A stretch of 64,000 nucleotides of DNA from Acidobacteriota bacterium (GTDB lineage Bacteria; Acidobacteriota; UBA890; WLXD01). Position 1 is the first letter of the stretch, and the number at the start of each line of letters is the position of its first letter. The notes under the pieces are model-generated. The model was not told where the DNA came from. It saw nothing but the letters and a program-made list of their open reading frames with translations, and searched no databases. A program made the position numbers and the translations under genes. The stretch spans positions 128,001 through 192,000 of the forward strand of contig CBDBHB010000006.1 in NCBI GenBank assembly GCA_965205505.1, read 5' to 3'. Positions 1 to 11,373 of the stretch are shown here, piece after piece.

Positions 1-181
1 GCTCCATCACGTGGCACCAATGGCACGCGGCATAGCCGACGCTCAACAGAATAGGCTTGTCTTCGGCGCCGGCGCGGTCGAGCGCCGCCTTGCCCCACGG
101 GTACCAATTGACCGGGTTTGAGGCGTGCTGGAGCAGGTAGGGACTGGTCTCCTCACCGAGGTGGTTGCGGCTGTGGGACAT
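1..181 (-). CDS. Thioredoxin-domain protein, DUF255/YyaL-like (5' part; runs off the window)
   Basis: Not in the ORF track. Manual translation [30 protein letters not shown]...[19 protein letters not shown] is the typical YyaL/SSP411 N-terminus. Confidence 0.9.
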   Translation of the reverse strand, partial: MSHSRNHLGEETSPYLLQHASNPVNWYPWGKAALDRAGAEDKPILLSVGYAACHWCHVME

Positions 182-283
182 CAGGGGGCTCCGGTCGAGT
201 TTCGGTGCAAGCATCGGTTGCCGCGGGTCGGTCAGGCTCCCTCGGATTTGCGGGTGCCACCCGGCGTTCGCTACCTTGTCAGT

Positions 284-1282
284 ATGTACTCCCGACAGCA
301 ATCACCGCTGCGCAGCTCGGTACTAGTGACGCTGGGACTGACTTTGGTGGTCAGCGGTGCCAGTGCCCAGCAGGCGCCCGGCTTCCGCACGTCGGTCGAT
401 ATCGTGCGGCACAGCGTTGCCGTGCTCGACTCACGTGGAGAGCCGGTTCCGGGGTTGCAGGCAGCCGATTTCAGGATCCGGGAAGACGGCGTGCTGCAGG
501 AGATCAGCGTATTTCTGGCGCCGGGGTCGACACCGCTCGACGTGGCGCTGGTCCTCGATTCGAGCACCAGCCTCTTGCATTGGTCGCGCGTCGTACGCAA
601 CGCCGCCAAGACGTTTTTGCGACGGCTCGACGTGCGTGACTGTGTCTACCTGCTGCCGTTCAACGACGTAGTCGGCCCAGGCAGATGGGCGCGGTCCTTC
701 GAGCCGGCGCTTGCGGCGCGCGTCGACGGCATCTTCATGGATGGCGGCACGGCGCTGCACGATGCCCTGATCGACGGGTTGAGCACCGTGTACTCGATGA
801 GCACCGGTCGCCCTCGCATCGAGCTCGACTCCCGCGCCGGAGAGGTCGCCGATCGGGGATCATGCAGCTCGCGCTCCGAGGCCGACGCCAACTCCAGCCC
901 GACCCGGCGCGCCGCCCTGGTGCTGCTGACCGATGGTGATGACCACGACAGCGAGCGCCGCTTCGACGAGGTTCTCGACGCCGCGCGTGAGACGGCAGTC
1001 CCGGTTTTCCCGATGATGCTCGGCGCGGCGCGAAGCGATGAGCGGCTACGTGAGAAGCTCAGCCGGCTCGCCGGCGAGACCGGAGGCACGATCATCGACG
1101 CCATCCGACCCGATGAGCTCGCGAGTGCCTACGACGATGTGGTGATCATGCTGCGGGCGTCGTACTTGCTCGGCTACGATCCGCAGAGCCCCGCAGCGCA
1201 ACCGGTTCGTCAGCGGCACGTCTCGGTGCGCTCGCGGCGACCGAGCTATCGGCTGGTGTTCCGCGAGTACTACTACCGCTAG
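284..1282 (+). CDS. VWA-domain protein (acidobacterial VWFA-related type), exported
   Basis: Signal-like N-terminus from ATG 284; [21 protein letters not shown] and LLTDGDD motifs. Confidence 0.85.
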   Translation: MYSRQQSPLRSSVLVTLGLTLVVSGASAQQAPGFRTSVDIVRHSVAVLDSRGEPVPGLQAADFRIREDGVLQEISVFLAPGSTPLDVALVLDSSTSLLHWSRVVRNAAKTFLRRLDVRDCVYLLPFNDVVGPGRWARSFEPALAARVDGIFMDGGTALHDALIDGLSTVYSMSTGRPRIELDSRAGEVADRGSCSSRSEADANSSPTRRAALVLLTDGDDHDSERRFDEVLDAARETAVPVFPMMLGAARSDERLREKLSRLAGETGGTIIDAIRPDELASAYDDVVIMLRASYLLGYDPQSPAAQPVRQRHVSVRSRRPSYRLVFREYYYR

Positions 1283-1293
1283 TGCAGCACTAG
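1279..1293. repeat. Palindrome CTAGTGC-A-GCACTAG, probable collapsed MITE footprint on the VWA stop codon
   Basis: Both halves equal the outer ends of the 23741-23915 element. Confidence 0.5.
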
Positions 1294-1300
1294 TGCGTCG

Positions 1301-1891
1301 CTACACTTCCACCGCGGAGGCGCGGCGAACTTCTGGATAGCGGAAACAGTCCACCGTATGGTCGTTTACCAATCCGGCGGCCTGCATGAAGGCGTAACAG
1401 ATCGTCGGGCCAACGAAGCGAAATCCGCGCTGCCGCAACTCCTTGCTCATGGTCTCGGATGTCGGAGTCTGCGTCGGGATGTCGCTCAACGTGCGCCAGG
1501 CGTTCTGCACCGGGACACCGTCGACGAAATCCCAGATGTAGCTGGCAAAGGATCCCTCCGTGGCTTGGAGCCGCAGCAGCGCGCGCGCGTTGTCGATCGC
1601 CGACGTCACCTTGAGACGGTTGCGTACGATCCCCGCATCCCGCATCAAGCGCTCGACGGAGCGCCGGTTGAACCGCGCTATGCGCTCGACGTCGAAGCCG
1701 GCAAAAGCCCTCCGATATCCTTCACGCTTCTTCAGGACTGTCGACCAGCTGAGGCCGGCTTGCGCGCCCTCGAGCAGCAGGAATTCGAACAGCCGGCGAT
1801 CGTTGCGAACTGGAACACCCCACTCGAGGTCGTGGTACTCAATGTCCAGAGGTCGGCTCGATCCTGCCCACTCGCAGCGCGTCATGCTCAT
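1301..1891 (-). CDS. tag: DNA-3-methyladenine glycosylase I
   Basis: RCEWA, YHDLEWG, LEGAQAGLSW, FVGPTICYAFMQAAGLVNDH..C motifs. Confidence 0.95.
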   Translation of the reverse strand: MSMTRCEWAGSSRPLDIEYHDLEWGVPVRNDRRLFEFLLLEGAQAGLSWSTVLKKREGYRRAFAGFDVERIARFNRRSVERLMRDAGIVRNRLKVTSAIDNARALLRLQATEGSFASYIWDFVDGVPVQNAWRTLSDIPTQTPTSETMSKELRQRGFRFVGPTICYAFMQAAGLVNDHTVDCFRYPEVRRASAVEV

Positions 1892-1926
1892 ATGTCTAGG
1901 AACTGTGCCGGCCCCGCAAGGGGCTG

Positions 1927-3126
1927 CTATTCGCTCCGCAGCGCGTCCACCGGGTCGAGCGCCGCGGCACGACGCGCCGGCAGCACACCAGAGGCGAGGC
2001 CGGTGGCAAAGCTCACCGCCAGCGCCGCGATGACGAACTCGGTGGGGACATGCACTGGCAGTCCCGGCACTGCTGTACGCGCCAGCATCGCCAGCCCGAA
2101 GCCCACGCCGACACCTAGCGCACCGCCCGCCAGCGAAAGCGCTCCGGACTCCGCCAGGAACAGCAGCTGTACCTGGGTCGAGGTCGCGCCGAGCGCCTTG
2201 AGCAGGCCGATCTCGGAGGTCCGTTCACCAACGGCGATCCACATGATGGTGAGGATGCCGATCGAGCCGACTAGTAACGAGATGCCGCCGATGGCTGCCA
2301 CGCCTGCGGTGATCATGTCCATCACGTTGCCGAACACGTCGAGCATCTGGGTCTGCGTGGTGACGGTGAAATCCTCCCTCCCGTGGCGCTCGGTGAGCCG
2401 CGCTCGCACCGACGCCTCTACCTGCCGTTCGAGGCCAGCGTGCGAGAAGATGACGTCGATCTCCCACAGCTCGTCCTGGTTGAACAGCTTCAGTCCTTGC
2501 GACACCGGAACGTAAACAACGTCGTCGATGTCCATTCCGAGGATCTGTCCCTTGGGCTCCATGATGCCGATGACGCGAAACCGCTGACCACCGACGCGCA
2601 CGAACTTGCCGAGCGCATTGACCTCGCCAAACAGCTCCCGTTTCAACGTCGGCCCCAGCACCGCCACCGAGCCCCCTCGCCGGGGGTCACCCGCCGGCAG
2701 GAAGCTTCCCTGTCGCACACTGAACTTGAGCACGTCGGTGAGCGCTTCAGTGGCTCCGTAGATGAACACCGAGCGTCCACGCCCCTCCGCCTCGACCCTT
2801 CCCGAGCCCAGGGAGAACATTGCTACGCGCTCCACTCCAGGCAGCCTGGCGAGGGCCTCCGCATCGTCGATCGTCAGCTGCTTGGTGGTGCCGCCGAGAA
2901 CACCCGGAATGCCGATAGTCTCCTGCTTGCCAGGGTTGATCGCGATGATGTTGGTGCCGAACTGGGTGAACTGGTCGAGCACGTAGTGGCGGGTTCCCTC
3001 GCCGATGGCGGTTAGCAGAATCACCGCACAGACGCCTATGGCGATGCCCAGCATCGACAGGAACGTCCGTAGCCGATGCCCGCGCAGCGCCCCGGCGGCC
3101 AGCCTCAGGAGATCGGTTGTCGCCAT
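1927..3126 (-). CDS. MacB/FtsX-family ABC transporter permease
   Basis: RTFLSMLGIAIGV and ERTSEIGLLKALGA motifs; likely start MATTD at 3126. Confidence 0.9.
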   Translation of the reverse strand: MATTDLLRLAAGALRGHRLRTFLSMLGIAIGVCAVILLTAIGEGTRHYVLDQFTQFGTNIIAINPGKQETIGIPGVLGGTTKQLTIDDAEALARLPGVERVAMFSLGSGRVEAEGRGRSVFIYGATEALTDVLKFSVRQGSFLPAGDPRRGGSVAVLGPTLKRELFGEVNALGKFVRVGGQRFRVIGIMEPKGQILGMDIDDVVYVPVSQGLKLFNQDELWEIDVIFSHAGLERQVEASVRARLTERHGREDFTVTTQTQMLDVFGNVMDMITAGVAAIGGISLLVGSIGILTIMWIAVGERTSEIGLLKALGATSTQVQLLFLAESGALSLAGGALGVGVGFGLAMLARTAVPGLPVHVPTEFVIAALAVSFATGLASGVLPARRAAALDPVDALRSE

Positions 3127-3127
3127 T

Positions 3128-4327
3128 TCAGCCTCGCAGTGCGGCGATCGGGTCGAGCCTGGTTGCCGTACGCGCCGGCAGCACACCGAAGATCGCGCCC
3201 ACGCCGATCGAGACGATCAGGGCGCCTGCGATCGCCCACGTCGGAGGTGTGGCATCGAGGGCCGGGAGAGCGACAACCAGGGTCTGGAGCGCGACGGCGG
3301 CGACGCCCAGACCGACCAAGCCGCCAGCAGTGCTCAGCAGCACCGCTTCGGTCAGGAAGGTGAACAGTATCTGACGTGGATGGGCGCCAACGGCCTTGAG
3401 CAACCCGATTTCGTGGGTCCGTTCCGACACCGAAACCAGCATGACGTTCATGATACCAATCCCGGCAACGCTCAACGAGATCGCCGCAATCCCCGCCAGC
3501 CCGGCGGTCAGAGCCGCGAAGATCTGAGAGAAGGCAGACATCACGGCGTCCTGGGTTATGAGGGTGAAATCCTCTTCATCGTGACGATCGACGAGAATCC
3601 GCGTGACGTTGGCCTGGATACGTTCGACGTCTGCCTGCGGATCATGCTGCAGCATGATACGGAACAGCGAGCTGCGGTTGAACAGGCGCATGCCGGTTGC
3701 CAACGGCACCATCACGATCTGATCGAAGTCCATTCCGAGCGTCACGCCGCGCGCCGCCATGACGCCGATCACGCGCATGCGGAAGTCGCCGATGCGCACC
3801 ACCTTGCCGATCGCGCCGGTGCCCGGAAAGAGGTCTCGGGCGATGCCGCTCCCGAGCACCGCCACCGAGGTACCACGCTCCCAGTCGCCTTCAGGCAAGT
3901 AGCGACCCGTGCGCATCTCGATATTGCGTAGGTCGCGCATCTCCGCCGTACATCCGAGGATCATCACCTGCTTACTGCGTCCGCCGACCGAGACCGTCTC
4001 GTTGCCGTTGGACACCGGCGCCACTCTGGTGATGGTGCGAACGTCGCGGGCAAGCGCTTCGGCGTCGGCGATGGTCAGATCGTTCGCTACTCCGCCGATT
4101 CCTGGAAGCCCGCCCGTGGTCTCGGTTCGCCCCGGTACCACGATAAGGATGTTGGTGCCGAGCGAGGCGAACTGATCGACGACGTAGGTGCGGGCGCCCT
4201 CGCCCAGCGACGTCAGGATGATGACCGAGGCGACGCCGATGGCCACGCCGGTCATGCTCAACGCCGTGCGCAGAGCATTGCCGCGGAGCGCCCGAAATGC
4301 GAAGCGCAGGATATCGAGCGCGCTCAT
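3128..4327 (-). CDS. MacB/FtsX-family ABC transporter permease
   Basis: GIMNVMLVSVSERTHEIGLLKAVGA and LDPIAALR motifs. Confidence 0.9.
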   Translation of the reverse strand: MSALDILRFAFRALRGNALRTALSMTGVAIGVASVIILTSLGEGARTYVVDQFASLGTNILIVVPGRTETTGGLPGIGGVANDLTIADAEALARDVRTITRVAPVSNGNETVSVGGRSKQVMILGCTAEMRDLRNIEMRTGRYLPEGDWERGTSVAVLGSGIARDLFPGTGAIGKVVRIGDFRMRVIGVMAARGVTLGMDFDQIVMVPLATGMRLFNRSSLFRIMLQHDPQADVERIQANVTRILVDRHDEEDFTLITQDAVMSAFSQIFAALTAGLAGIAAISLSVAGIGIMNVMLVSVSERTHEIGLLKAVGAHPRQILFTFLTEAVLLSTAGGLVGLGVAAVALQTLVVALPALDATPPTWAIAGALIVSIGVGAIFGVLPARTATRLDPIAALRG

Positions 4328-5100
4328 CGCGTGGGCTCGTAGCTTGATGCGGCGGCTACCGGCGGCACCGCATCATCGTCTGCATCCTCGGCGGCGGCTA
4401 TGTAGGGATTTACATCGCCCAAGTCGGCGCCGCGCATCCTCGACACGATGCATCCGTCCACCAACGTGACAACGCGATCGGCCCGCCGCGCCACCCCGGG
4501 ATCGTGGGTGACTAACACGAGGGTCAGCCCACGGCTTGTCAGCTCCTCGAGAAGGTCGAGCACCAGGCCCCCGGAACGGGTATCGAGGTTGCCGGTGGGC
4601 TCGTCGGCGAGCAATAGGCTCGGCTCCATCGTGATCGCGCGGGCGATGGCGACGCGCTGGCGTTCGCCTCCAGAGAGTTGATCCGGGCGGTGGTCGGCGC
4701 GGTTCTCCAGGTCGACGGACTCCAGGGCAACGTGTGCGCGCCGCCGCCGTTCGCGCCGCGCGATGCCGGCGAACATCATCGGTAGCTCGACGTTGCCTAC
4801 CGAGGTGAGGCGCGGAACCAGGTGGAACGACTGGAAAACGAAGCCAATCAGGTCCCGGCGGATGCTGGTGAGCTGCGTTTCGTTGAGTTGGGCAACTTCC
4901 TGACCGTCGAGCTCATAGGAGCCACGGCTCGGGCGGTCGAGGCAGCCCAGGAGGTTCAGCAGCGTCGACTTGCCCGAGCCCGAAGGGCCCATAATGGCGA
5001 CGTGCTCCCCGGCTTCGATGTCCTCGCTGATCTCGCGCAATGCGTGCAGCGGCCGGCCGCCGACATCGTACGTGCGCCAGATGTCGCGCAGCCGGATCAT
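4324..5100 (-). CDS. ABC transporter ATP-binding protein (MacB/LolD type)
   Basis: Walker A GPSGSGKS, signature LSGGE, Walker B LLADEPTGNLD. Confidence 0.95.
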   Translation of the reverse strand: MIRLRDIWRTYDVGGRPLHALREISEDIEAGEHVAIMGPSGSGKSTLLNLLGCLDRPSRGSYELDGQEVAQLNETQLTSIRRDLIGFVFQSFHLVPRLTSVGNVELPMMFAGIARRERRRRAHVALESVDLENRADHRPDQLSGGERQRVAIARAITMEPSLLLADEPTGNLDTRSGGLVLDLLEELTSRGLTLVLVTHDPGVARRADRVVTLVDGCIVSRMRGADLGDVNPYIAAAEDADDDAVPPVAAASSYEPTR

Positions 5101-5101
5101 G

Positions 5102-6256
5102 TCACCCCGCGCTGCTCTCCCCGGCGACCACCACCTGGGCGCCGGGTTGCACCTCGACGCGGTCGAGCGAGGTCACGACCCGATCGGTAACGCCAAGGCC
5201 CGAGAGGATCTCGCTGAAATTCCAGTTACGCAGCCCGATCTGCACTTCACGCCGTACCAGCATGCCGTCTTCAACGACAAGCACGGCGCTCCCCTCGAGC
5301 AGGGTCGCGGTGGGCAGCCGCAGGGCGTCATCGTGTGTTTCCAGGATGACCTCGACGTCCGCCGAGGTGCCGGGCAGCAGCGAGGACGCGAGCTCCTGAT
5401 CATCGAGCTCCACCTCGATCTCCACTGTGCGGTTCTGCGCCTCGATGTCGAGCACGTAGGGGGCAACGCGTGTCACGGTGCCGGGGAAGATCTTGCCGGG
5501 GTACGAATCGATGGTTGTGCGCACCTGTTGGCCGGCCATGATGCGTGCCGAGTCCACCTCGTCCATCGGTGCGCTGATGAAGATCGACGTGGTGTCGATG
5601 ATCTCCATCACCGGCGGTATCGGCAGCCCCGGCGGCGATGGAGTCGTGTACTCGCCGAGCTCGATCGATAGCTCCGATACGACGCCGCCGAACGGTGCTC
5701 GCAGCACTGTCTTACGTAGCTCACTCTCGATCAGGCCGATCGCCGCACGGGCGCTCGCGATCATCGCATCGGCAGCGTCGCAGGACGCGGCCGAAGTCTG
5801 GGCCCGGCTGTCGAGCTGATCGAGCAGGTTCTGCGACACGATCTGACGTGCCGCCAGCTCTTGATAGCGGCCGTGCTCACGGCGTGCTTGGTCGGCCGCT
5901 AGGCAGGCCTCGCGGTGACGTGCCTCGGCGGTGATGACATCGCGCCGGGCCTTTTCCAGTTGGGCCCGATGGGTCGAGTCATCGAGCTGCATCAGAACCT
6001 GGCCGCGTCGGACCTCTGAGCCGGCGCGCACCGGAAGCTCGACGACGCGCCCACCGATCTCGGGTGAGAGGCTTGCCCGCCGTCTTGCCTTTACGGTGCC
6101 TGCCTTCGAGTTCGTGATCGTCGACTCGACTCGACCGCGGGTCGGCTGTAGCACGCTCACTTCGATCGGCTGCGGCGCGAAGTACGTGAAACGCGCGTAA
6201 AAGACGGCCGCAACGAGCGCGCCAAGCACGACGATGCGAACGAGCCACCTGAGCAT
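5102..6256 (-). CDS. Efflux periplasmic adaptor subunit (MacA/HlyD-like)
   Basis: N-terminal TM segment, lipoyl-like halves (GGRVVELPV / LRAPFGGVV), coiled coil; operon context. Confidence 0.9.
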   Translation of the reverse strand: MLRWLVRIVVLGALVAAVFYARFTYFAPQPIEVSVLQPTRGRVESTITNSKAGTVKARRRASLSPEIGGRVVELPVRAGSEVRRGQVLMQLDDSTHRAQLEKARRDVITAEARHREACLAADQARREHGRYQELAARQIVSQNLLDQLDSRAQTSAASCDAADAMIASARAAIGLIESELRKTVLRAPFGGVVSELSIELGEYTTPSPPGLPIPPVMEIIDTTSIFISAPMDEVDSARIMAGQQVRTTIDSYPGKIFPGTVTRVAPYVLDIEAQNRTVEIEVELDDQELASSLLPGTSADVEVILETHDDALRLPTATLLEGSAVLVVEDGMLVRREVQIGLRNWNFSEILSGLGVTDRVVTSLDRVEVQPGAQVVVAGESSAG

Positions 6257-6265
6257 GGAGAAACT

Positions 6266-6360
6266 CTAGCACCCGCGTCCATCTGCCAACTGCCGGGCCG
6301 ACCGCCCAACGATCTTTGTGGACACGGCCGGCCGGCCCTTGAACGGACGCGGTCGGCTAG
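6266..6360. mobile_element. Possible degenerate CTAG-flanked MITE on the leuB stop codon
   Basis: CTAGC-ACCCGCGTCC ... GGACGCGGTCG-GCTAG imperfect inverted ends. Confidence 0.35.
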
Positions 6361-7424
6361 CAGGCCGCGCCGGTTGCCTCCAGGCGGTCGAGGACTGCGG
6401 ACCCCGCCGTCGCGGTGTCGATCGTCCCGTCGGAGTCTAGGTCGCGCGGCAGGAACCCATCGTGCAGCGCGGTGTCGACAGCCGCCTCTACAGCGGCTGC
6501 TTCGTCCTGTAGGCCAAGCGAGTGTCGCAGGAGCATCGCCACACTGAGGATAGCTGCATACGGATTGGCAACCCCCTGCCCAGCGATATCGGGTGCCGAG
6601 CCATGTACCGGCTCGTAGAGGCCACGCCGGCCGATCCCCAGTGACGCGGATGGGAGCATGCCCAGCGATCCCACCAGTACGGCCGCCTCGTCCGACAGAA
6701 TGTCGCCGAACATATTCTCGGTGACGATGACATCGAAGTCTGACGGGCGGGTCACCAGGTGCATCGCCATGGAGTCGACCAGACCGTGCTCGAGGGTGAT
6801 CTCGGGAAACTCGTCGGCGGCGATGGTGCTGGCCGTCTCGCGCCAAAGCCGCGAGGTGTCGAGCACGTTCGCCTTATCGACAGAGGTTACGAGCTGTCGT
6901 CGGCCGCCGGCCATCTCGCAGGCGATCCGGACCACCCTCGCGATCTCGGGACGGGTGTATACGCAGGTGTCGAATGCGCGATCGGCGTCGCGGCCACGCT
7001 CACCGTAATAGAGGCCACCGGTGAGCTCACGTACGATCATCAGGTCCACGCCGCCGAGGTATTCCGGACGTATCGGGGAGGCGTCGGTCAGCGACTCGTG
7101 CGTACGGATTGGCCGGAGATTGACGAACAGCTCCAGTTCACTGCGCAGCCTGAGCAGTCCGGCCTCGGGCCGCAGGGCCTGGTCGTTGAACCGCGGGTGG
7201 CCGACGGCCCCCAACAGCACGGCGTCGGCGTCGCGACAGAGCTCGACCGTGGCTGCCGGAAGTGGGTCGTCAGCAGAATCGATCGCCTCGCCGCCGATGG
7301 CGGCACGCCGTACATCGAACGTGTGGCCGTACAGCTCGCCGAGCTTCTCGAGCACGCGGAGCGCCTGTTCGCATACCTCGGGTCCGACGCCGTCGCCGCC
7401 CAGCACGGCGATCAGCGATCTCAT
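6357..7424 (-). CDS. leuB: 3-isopropylmalate dehydrogenase
   Basis: GDGVGPEV, VRELTGGLYYG, NMFGDILSDEA, EPVHGSAPDIAG; start MRSLIAV at 7424 overlaps the leuD stop. Confidence 0.95.
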   Translation of the reverse strand: MRSLIAVLGGDGVGPEVCEQALRVLEKLGELYGHTFDVRRAAIGGEAIDSADDPLPAATVELCRDADAVLLGAVGHPRFNDQALRPEAGLLRLRSELELFVNLRPIRTHESLTDASPIRPEYLGGVDLMIVRELTGGLYYGERGRDADRAFDTCVYTRPEIARVVRIACEMAGGRRQLVTSVDKANVLDTSRLWRETASTIAADEFPEITLEHGLVDSMAMHLVTRPSDFDVIVTENMFGDILSDEAAVLVGSLGMLPSASLGIGRRGLYEPVHGSAPDIAGQGVANPYAAILSVAMLLRHSLGLQDEAAAVEAAVDTALHDGFLPRDLDSDGTIDTATAGSAVLDRLEATGAAC

Positions 7425-8011
7425 GGTCGTGGCTCGAGGCGGCGCTCGAATGCGGCGATTGCGTCCTCCTTGGAGCACAGGAATCCGAGCTCGTCGGTTC
7501 CCTCCAGCAGGCAGCGGCGCGCGAAGGGATCGATCTCGAAGGTCACCGACATACCTCCGGGCAGGTCGACGCGACGCTCCACGAGGTCGATGGTGACGGT
7601 GCCGAACCCGGCTTCGAGCAACTCTCCCAAGCGTTCGGCGGCAACATCGATCGCCAGCAGCCCGTTCTTGAGCGCGTTGGTGCGGAAGATGTCGGCGATG
7701 CTCGTGCTGATCACGGCACGGAACCCGTTGTCCACCAGCGCCCACGGAGCGTGCTCACGTGACGAGCCGCAACCGAAGTTCTCGCCTGCCACGAGTACCT
7801 GAGCTCCGCGCGCATCGTCGTGATTGAGCGGAAAGTCAGCGCGCGGGTTCCCCTGCTCGTCGACGCGCCAGTCAGCGAACAGACCCTCGGCCAGGCCGGT
7901 ACGATCCGTCACAGTCAGGTAGCGGGCGGGAATAATCCGATCGGTGTCTATGTCGTGCATCGGCAACGCGACAAACGGCGACGTCACAACGGTGAACGGC
8001 TCGAAGCTCAT
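7421..8011 (-). CDS. leuD: 3-isopropylmalate dehydratase small subunit
   Basis: [12 protein letters not shown] and [16 protein letters not shown] motifs; start MSFEPF at 8011. Confidence 0.95.
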   Translation of the reverse strand: MSFEPFTVVTSPFVALPMHDIDTDRIIPARYLTVTDRTGLAEGLFADWRVDEQGNPRADFPLNHDDARGAQVLVAGENFGCGSSREHAPWALVDNGFRAVISTSIADIFRTNALKNGLLAIDVAAERLGELLEAGFGTVTIDLVERRVDLPGGMSVTFEIDPFARRCLLEGTDELGFLCSKEDAIAAFERRLEPRP

Positions 8012-9405
8012 GCCAGCAGCTCCCGGGGGTCGGCCACGCAGCCGGCGACGGCGCTGGCCGCGGCGGTCAGCGGGCTTGCCAGAAACGTGCGCCCGCCGCG
8101 GCCCTGTCGGCCCTCGAAGTTTCGGTTGCTGGTGCTCACGCAGTATTGCCCTGTCTCGAGCGCGTCGCCGTTCATGGCGATGCACATCGAGCAGCCGGAA
8201 TCTCTCCACTCGGCGCCAGCCTCTCGAAACACTCGATCGAGGCCCTCGGATTCAGCCTGCCGCTTGACTGCCGCCGATCCCGGCACGACCACCATACGCA
8301 CACCGTCAGCGACGCGTCTGGTCTTCATGATGCTTGCTGCCGCCCGCAGGTCGGAGATGCGGGAGTTTGTGCAACTGCCAACGAACACCACGTCGATCGG
8401 TTGATCGAGCAGCGGCACCCCTGGCTCGAGTCCCATATAACTCAGGGCGCGCTCAATTGCCGGATCGCCGTTGGGCGCCGGCACCTCACCGTGCAACGGG
8501 ATGCTCATGCCGGGATTCGTGCCGTAGGTAACCATCGGTTCGATCGCGGCCGCCGCCATCGAAACCTCGCGGTCGAATACCGCGTCGGCGTCGCTGCGCA
8601 GCTTCTGCCATCGCGCGACGGTTGCGTCCCAGTCGTCGGCGCTCGGCGCGTGAGGCCGGCCGGCGAGGTACTCGAACGTGGTCTCGTCGGGGGCGATCAA
8701 GCCGGCGCGGCCACCAGCTTCGATGGACATGTTGCACACCGTCATGCGGCCCTCCATCGATAGCTTGCGCACTGCGCCGCCGGCGTACTCGATCACATGT
8801 CCGGTCGCCCCGCCGACGCCGATCTGTCGGATCAGCGCCAGCATCAGATCCTTCGCCGTTACTCCCGTTTGCAGGCTCCCTTCGACCAGCACGCGCATCG
8901 TCTTCGACTTGCGTTGCAGCAGGCATTGCGTGGCCAGCACGTGCGCTACCTGGCTGGTGCCGATGCCGAACGCCAGAGCGCCGAAAGCCCCGTGGGTGCT
9001 GGTGTGGCTATCGCCACAAACGATGGTCATACTGGGCTGTGTGAGCCCCAGCTCCGGGCCTATGACGTGAACGATGCCCTGCTCCGGGGCACCGAGCTCA
9101 TACAGCCGGATCTGGTGCTCACCGCAGTTGTTCGCGAGGCACTCGACCTGGATCCGCGCCTGGTCCGTTACATAGAGGAGGTCGCCCGCATCGTCGCGCC
9201 GCGTGGGTGTGGAATGATCCATCGTGGCGACGGTCAGATCCGGTCGACGCACCGCAAGGCCGTCGGACCGCAAACGATCGAACGCCTGCGGCGAGGTGAC
9301 CTCGTGGATCAAGTGGAGGTCGACGTAGAGAATCCCGGGCGTATCGGTGGTTTCCGGTTGTACGAGATGCGCGTCCCACAGCTTGTCGTACAGCGTCGAG
9401 GGCAT
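8008..9405 (-). CDS. leuC: 3-isopropylmalate dehydratase large subunit
   Basis: [50 protein letters not shown]. Confidence 0.97.
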   Translation of the reverse strand: MPSTLYDKLWDAHLVQPETTDTPGILYVDLHLIHEVTSPQAFDRLRSDGLAVRRPDLTVATMDHSTPTRRDDAGDLLYVTDQARIQVECLANNCGEHQIRLYELGAPEQGIVHVIGPELGLTQPSMTIVCGDSHTSTHGAFGALAFGIGTSQVAHVLATQCLLQRKSKTMRVLVEGSLQTGVTAKDLMLALIRQIGVGGATGHVIEYAGGAVRKLSMEGRMTVCNMSIEAGGRAGLIAPDETTFEYLAGRPHAPSADDWDATVARWQKLRSDADAVFDREVSMAAAAIEPMVTYGTNPGMSIPLHGEVPAPNGDPAIERALSYMGLEPGVPLLDQPIDVVFVGSCTNSRISDLRAAASIMKTRRVADGVRMVVVPGSAAVKRQAESEGLDRVFREAGAEWRDSGCSMCIAMNGDALETGQYCVSTSNRNFEGRQGRGGRTFLASPLTAAASAVAGCVADPRELLA

Positions 9406-9409
9406 GGCG

Positions 9410-10996
9410 TCAGCGCGCGTCGGCATGCTTGCGTGAGCGCTGCGGTTCCGCGACCTCTTTGGGCGTCGGTGCGGCCAACTGTGGCATCTCGTCGGCGAGG
9501 ACATAGTTGACCAGGCTCATATAGGCGTCGGCACTGGCCTCGATAACGTCGGTGCTCACGGCATGGGCTCGATACAAGCGACCGTTGCGCATGGTCTCGA
9601 TGGTGACTTCGCCCTGGGCGTCCTTTCCCTGGGTGACGCTCCGAACGTTGTAATCGTGCAGTTCGACACGCACCCCAGTAGCGCGGTCGATCGCCTTGAA
9701 AAGAGAATCCACCGGCCCGTCGCCACACGCTGCTTCCTGTCGCTCTTCGCCGTCCCGGTGCTCGATTCTGACCTCCGCCACGTGCTGAATGCCCTTGCCG
9801 GCGATGGTCTGGAAGCCGACGATGCTCCAGACCTGCGGCGTATCCTGCAGGCTTTCATCGATCAGCGCCCGGATGTCGGCGTCGTACACGGTGCGCTTCA
9901 CGTCGGCCAGCTTTTTGAACTCGGCGAACACCTCCACGAGCTGTTCCTCGTCGAGCTCGAAACCCATCTCCTCGACGTGACTGCGGAAGGCGTGGCGACC
10001 GCTGTGCTTGCCCAACACGAGGTTGCTCGCACCAACCCCGACATCTTCGGGGCGCATAATCTCGTAGGTCGAGTGGTGCATCAGCATGCCGTGCTGGTGT
10101 ATGCCGGCTTCATGAGCGAACGCGTTGTCGCCCACGATCGCCTTGTTACGCTGCACCGCCAGGCCGGTAATATTCGAGAGCAGTTGGCTCGTGGGGTACA
10201 GCTTGGTGGCGTCGATGGCAGTATCCAGCTCAAAGAAGTCGTTGCGCGTGCGGAGCGCCATCACGACCTCCTCTAGCGAGCAATTGCCAGCCCGCTCGCC
10301 GATACCGTTGATGGTGCACTCCACCTGTCGGGCGCCGGCCCCGAGCGCCGCGAGCGTGTTGGCTACCGCGAGCCCGAGATCGTCGTGGCAATGAACGCTC
10401 AACACCGCGTCGCCGAGCTCCTCGACTCGGTCTAGCAGCCCAGCAATGCGTTCACCGAACTCACTCGGTGCTGCGTAGCCGACGGTGTCGGGGATATTGA
10501 TCGTCGTGGCACCGACCTGAAGCGCGCAGCGAACGACCTCATCGAGAAAGTCGGGCTCGGTGCGTGAGGCGTCCTCGGGAGAAAACTCCACGTCGTCGCA
10601 AAGGCTCCGAGCGAGCTCAACCGACTCCGCGGTGCGCCGCAGGATTTCCTCCTTGGCCATCTTGAGCTTGTGCTCACGGTGGATCGCGCTGGTGGCTAAG
10701 AACACATGCAATCGCGGGCGGTCTGACTCTTTCACCGCCTCCCAGGCGCGTTCGATGTCCTTGCGGTTACAGCGCGCCAGCCCGGCGATTATCGGCCCGT
10801 CGATGTTGCGTGCGACGGCGCGCACTGCTTCGAAGTCGCCCGGCGACGCGATCGGGAAACCCGCCTCGATGATGTCGACCCCGAGGTCGGCCAGCGCCTC
10901 CGCCATGCGCAGCTTTTCGGGGATATTCATGCTGGCGCCGGGAGACTGTTCTCCGTCGCGCAGCGTCGTGTCGAAAATCAAAACGCGTCCGCTCAT
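9410..10996 (-). CDS. leuA: 2-isopropylmalate synthase
   Basis: [36 protein letters not shown] and C-terminal regulatory domain. Confidence 0.97.
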   Translation of the reverse strand: MSGRVLIFDTTLRDGEQSPGASMNIPEKLRMAEALADLGVDIIEAGFPIASPGDFEAVRAVARNIDGPIIAGLARCNRKDIERAWEAVKESDRPRLHVFLATSAIHREHKLKMAKEEILRRTAESVELARSLCDDVEFSPEDASRTEPDFLDEVVRCALQVGATTINIPDTVGYAAPSEFGERIAGLLDRVEELGDAVLSVHCHDDLGLAVANTLAALGAGARQVECTINGIGERAGNCSLEEVVMALRTRNDFFELDTAIDATKLYPTSQLLSNITGLAVQRNKAIVGDNAFAHEAGIHQHGMLMHHSTYEIMRPEDVGVGASNLVLGKHSGRHAFRSHVEEMGFELDEEQLVEVFAEFKKLADVKRTVYDADIRALIDESLQDTPQVWSIVGFQTIAGKGIQHVAEVRIEHRDGEERQEAACGDGPVDSLFKAIDRATGVRVELHDYNVRSVTQGKDAQGEVTIETMRNGRLYRAHAVSTDVIEASADAYMSLVNYVLADEMPQLAAPTPKEVAEPQRSRKHADAR

Positions 10997-11057
10997 GGTG
11001 CTTCCTCACATCGGAGGTCGGCTATTCGTGGGTATGAGATCGAGATCATCTGGGCGC

Positions 11058-11090
11058 AAGAAAAGCCCCGCCCTGACTCAGGGACGGGGC
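11058..11090 (-). terminator. leu attenuator terminator
   Basis: Minus strand GCCCCGTCCCTGAGTCAGGGCGGGGC-TTTTCTT, upstream of leuA. Confidence 0.85.
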
Positions 11091-11106
11091 GTCGATCGAA
11101 CGCTGG

Positions 11107-11199
11107 CTAAGTGGATCGAGCGCCCCTCCTGAGAAGGAGGAGCAGCCTAAGAGCGAGAGCGCACCGGCTGCCGCCGTGGCTCGAACAAATGTCGCGCAT
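11107..11199 (-). CDS. leuL: leu operon leader peptide (30 aa)
   Basis: MRDICSSHGGSRCALALRLLLLLRRGARST*: five consecutive Leu codons directly before the terminator. Confidence 0.85.
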   Translation of the reverse strand: MRDICSSHGGSRCALALRLLLLLRRGARST

Positions 11200-11240
11200 G
11201 GTCTCGATCCGCCAATTGTCATGCCGCCGAGCGTTGCGTC

Positions 11241-11270
11241 AGAATCGACGCTCGTACGGTAGACTGTCAA
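11241..11270 (-). promoter_or_regulatory. Putative sigma70 promoter of the leu leader
   Basis: TTGACA-18 bp-GATTCT on the minus strand. Confidence 0.45.
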
Positions 11271-11373
11271 GCTGCGAAGTATGGTGTGCGGCGGGTAGGC
11301 GAGTCAATAGATCGCGGCCCTTTCCACGTTCGCAGCCAGACCGATCCGGATGCTGGACAGAGCAATCCCACCA

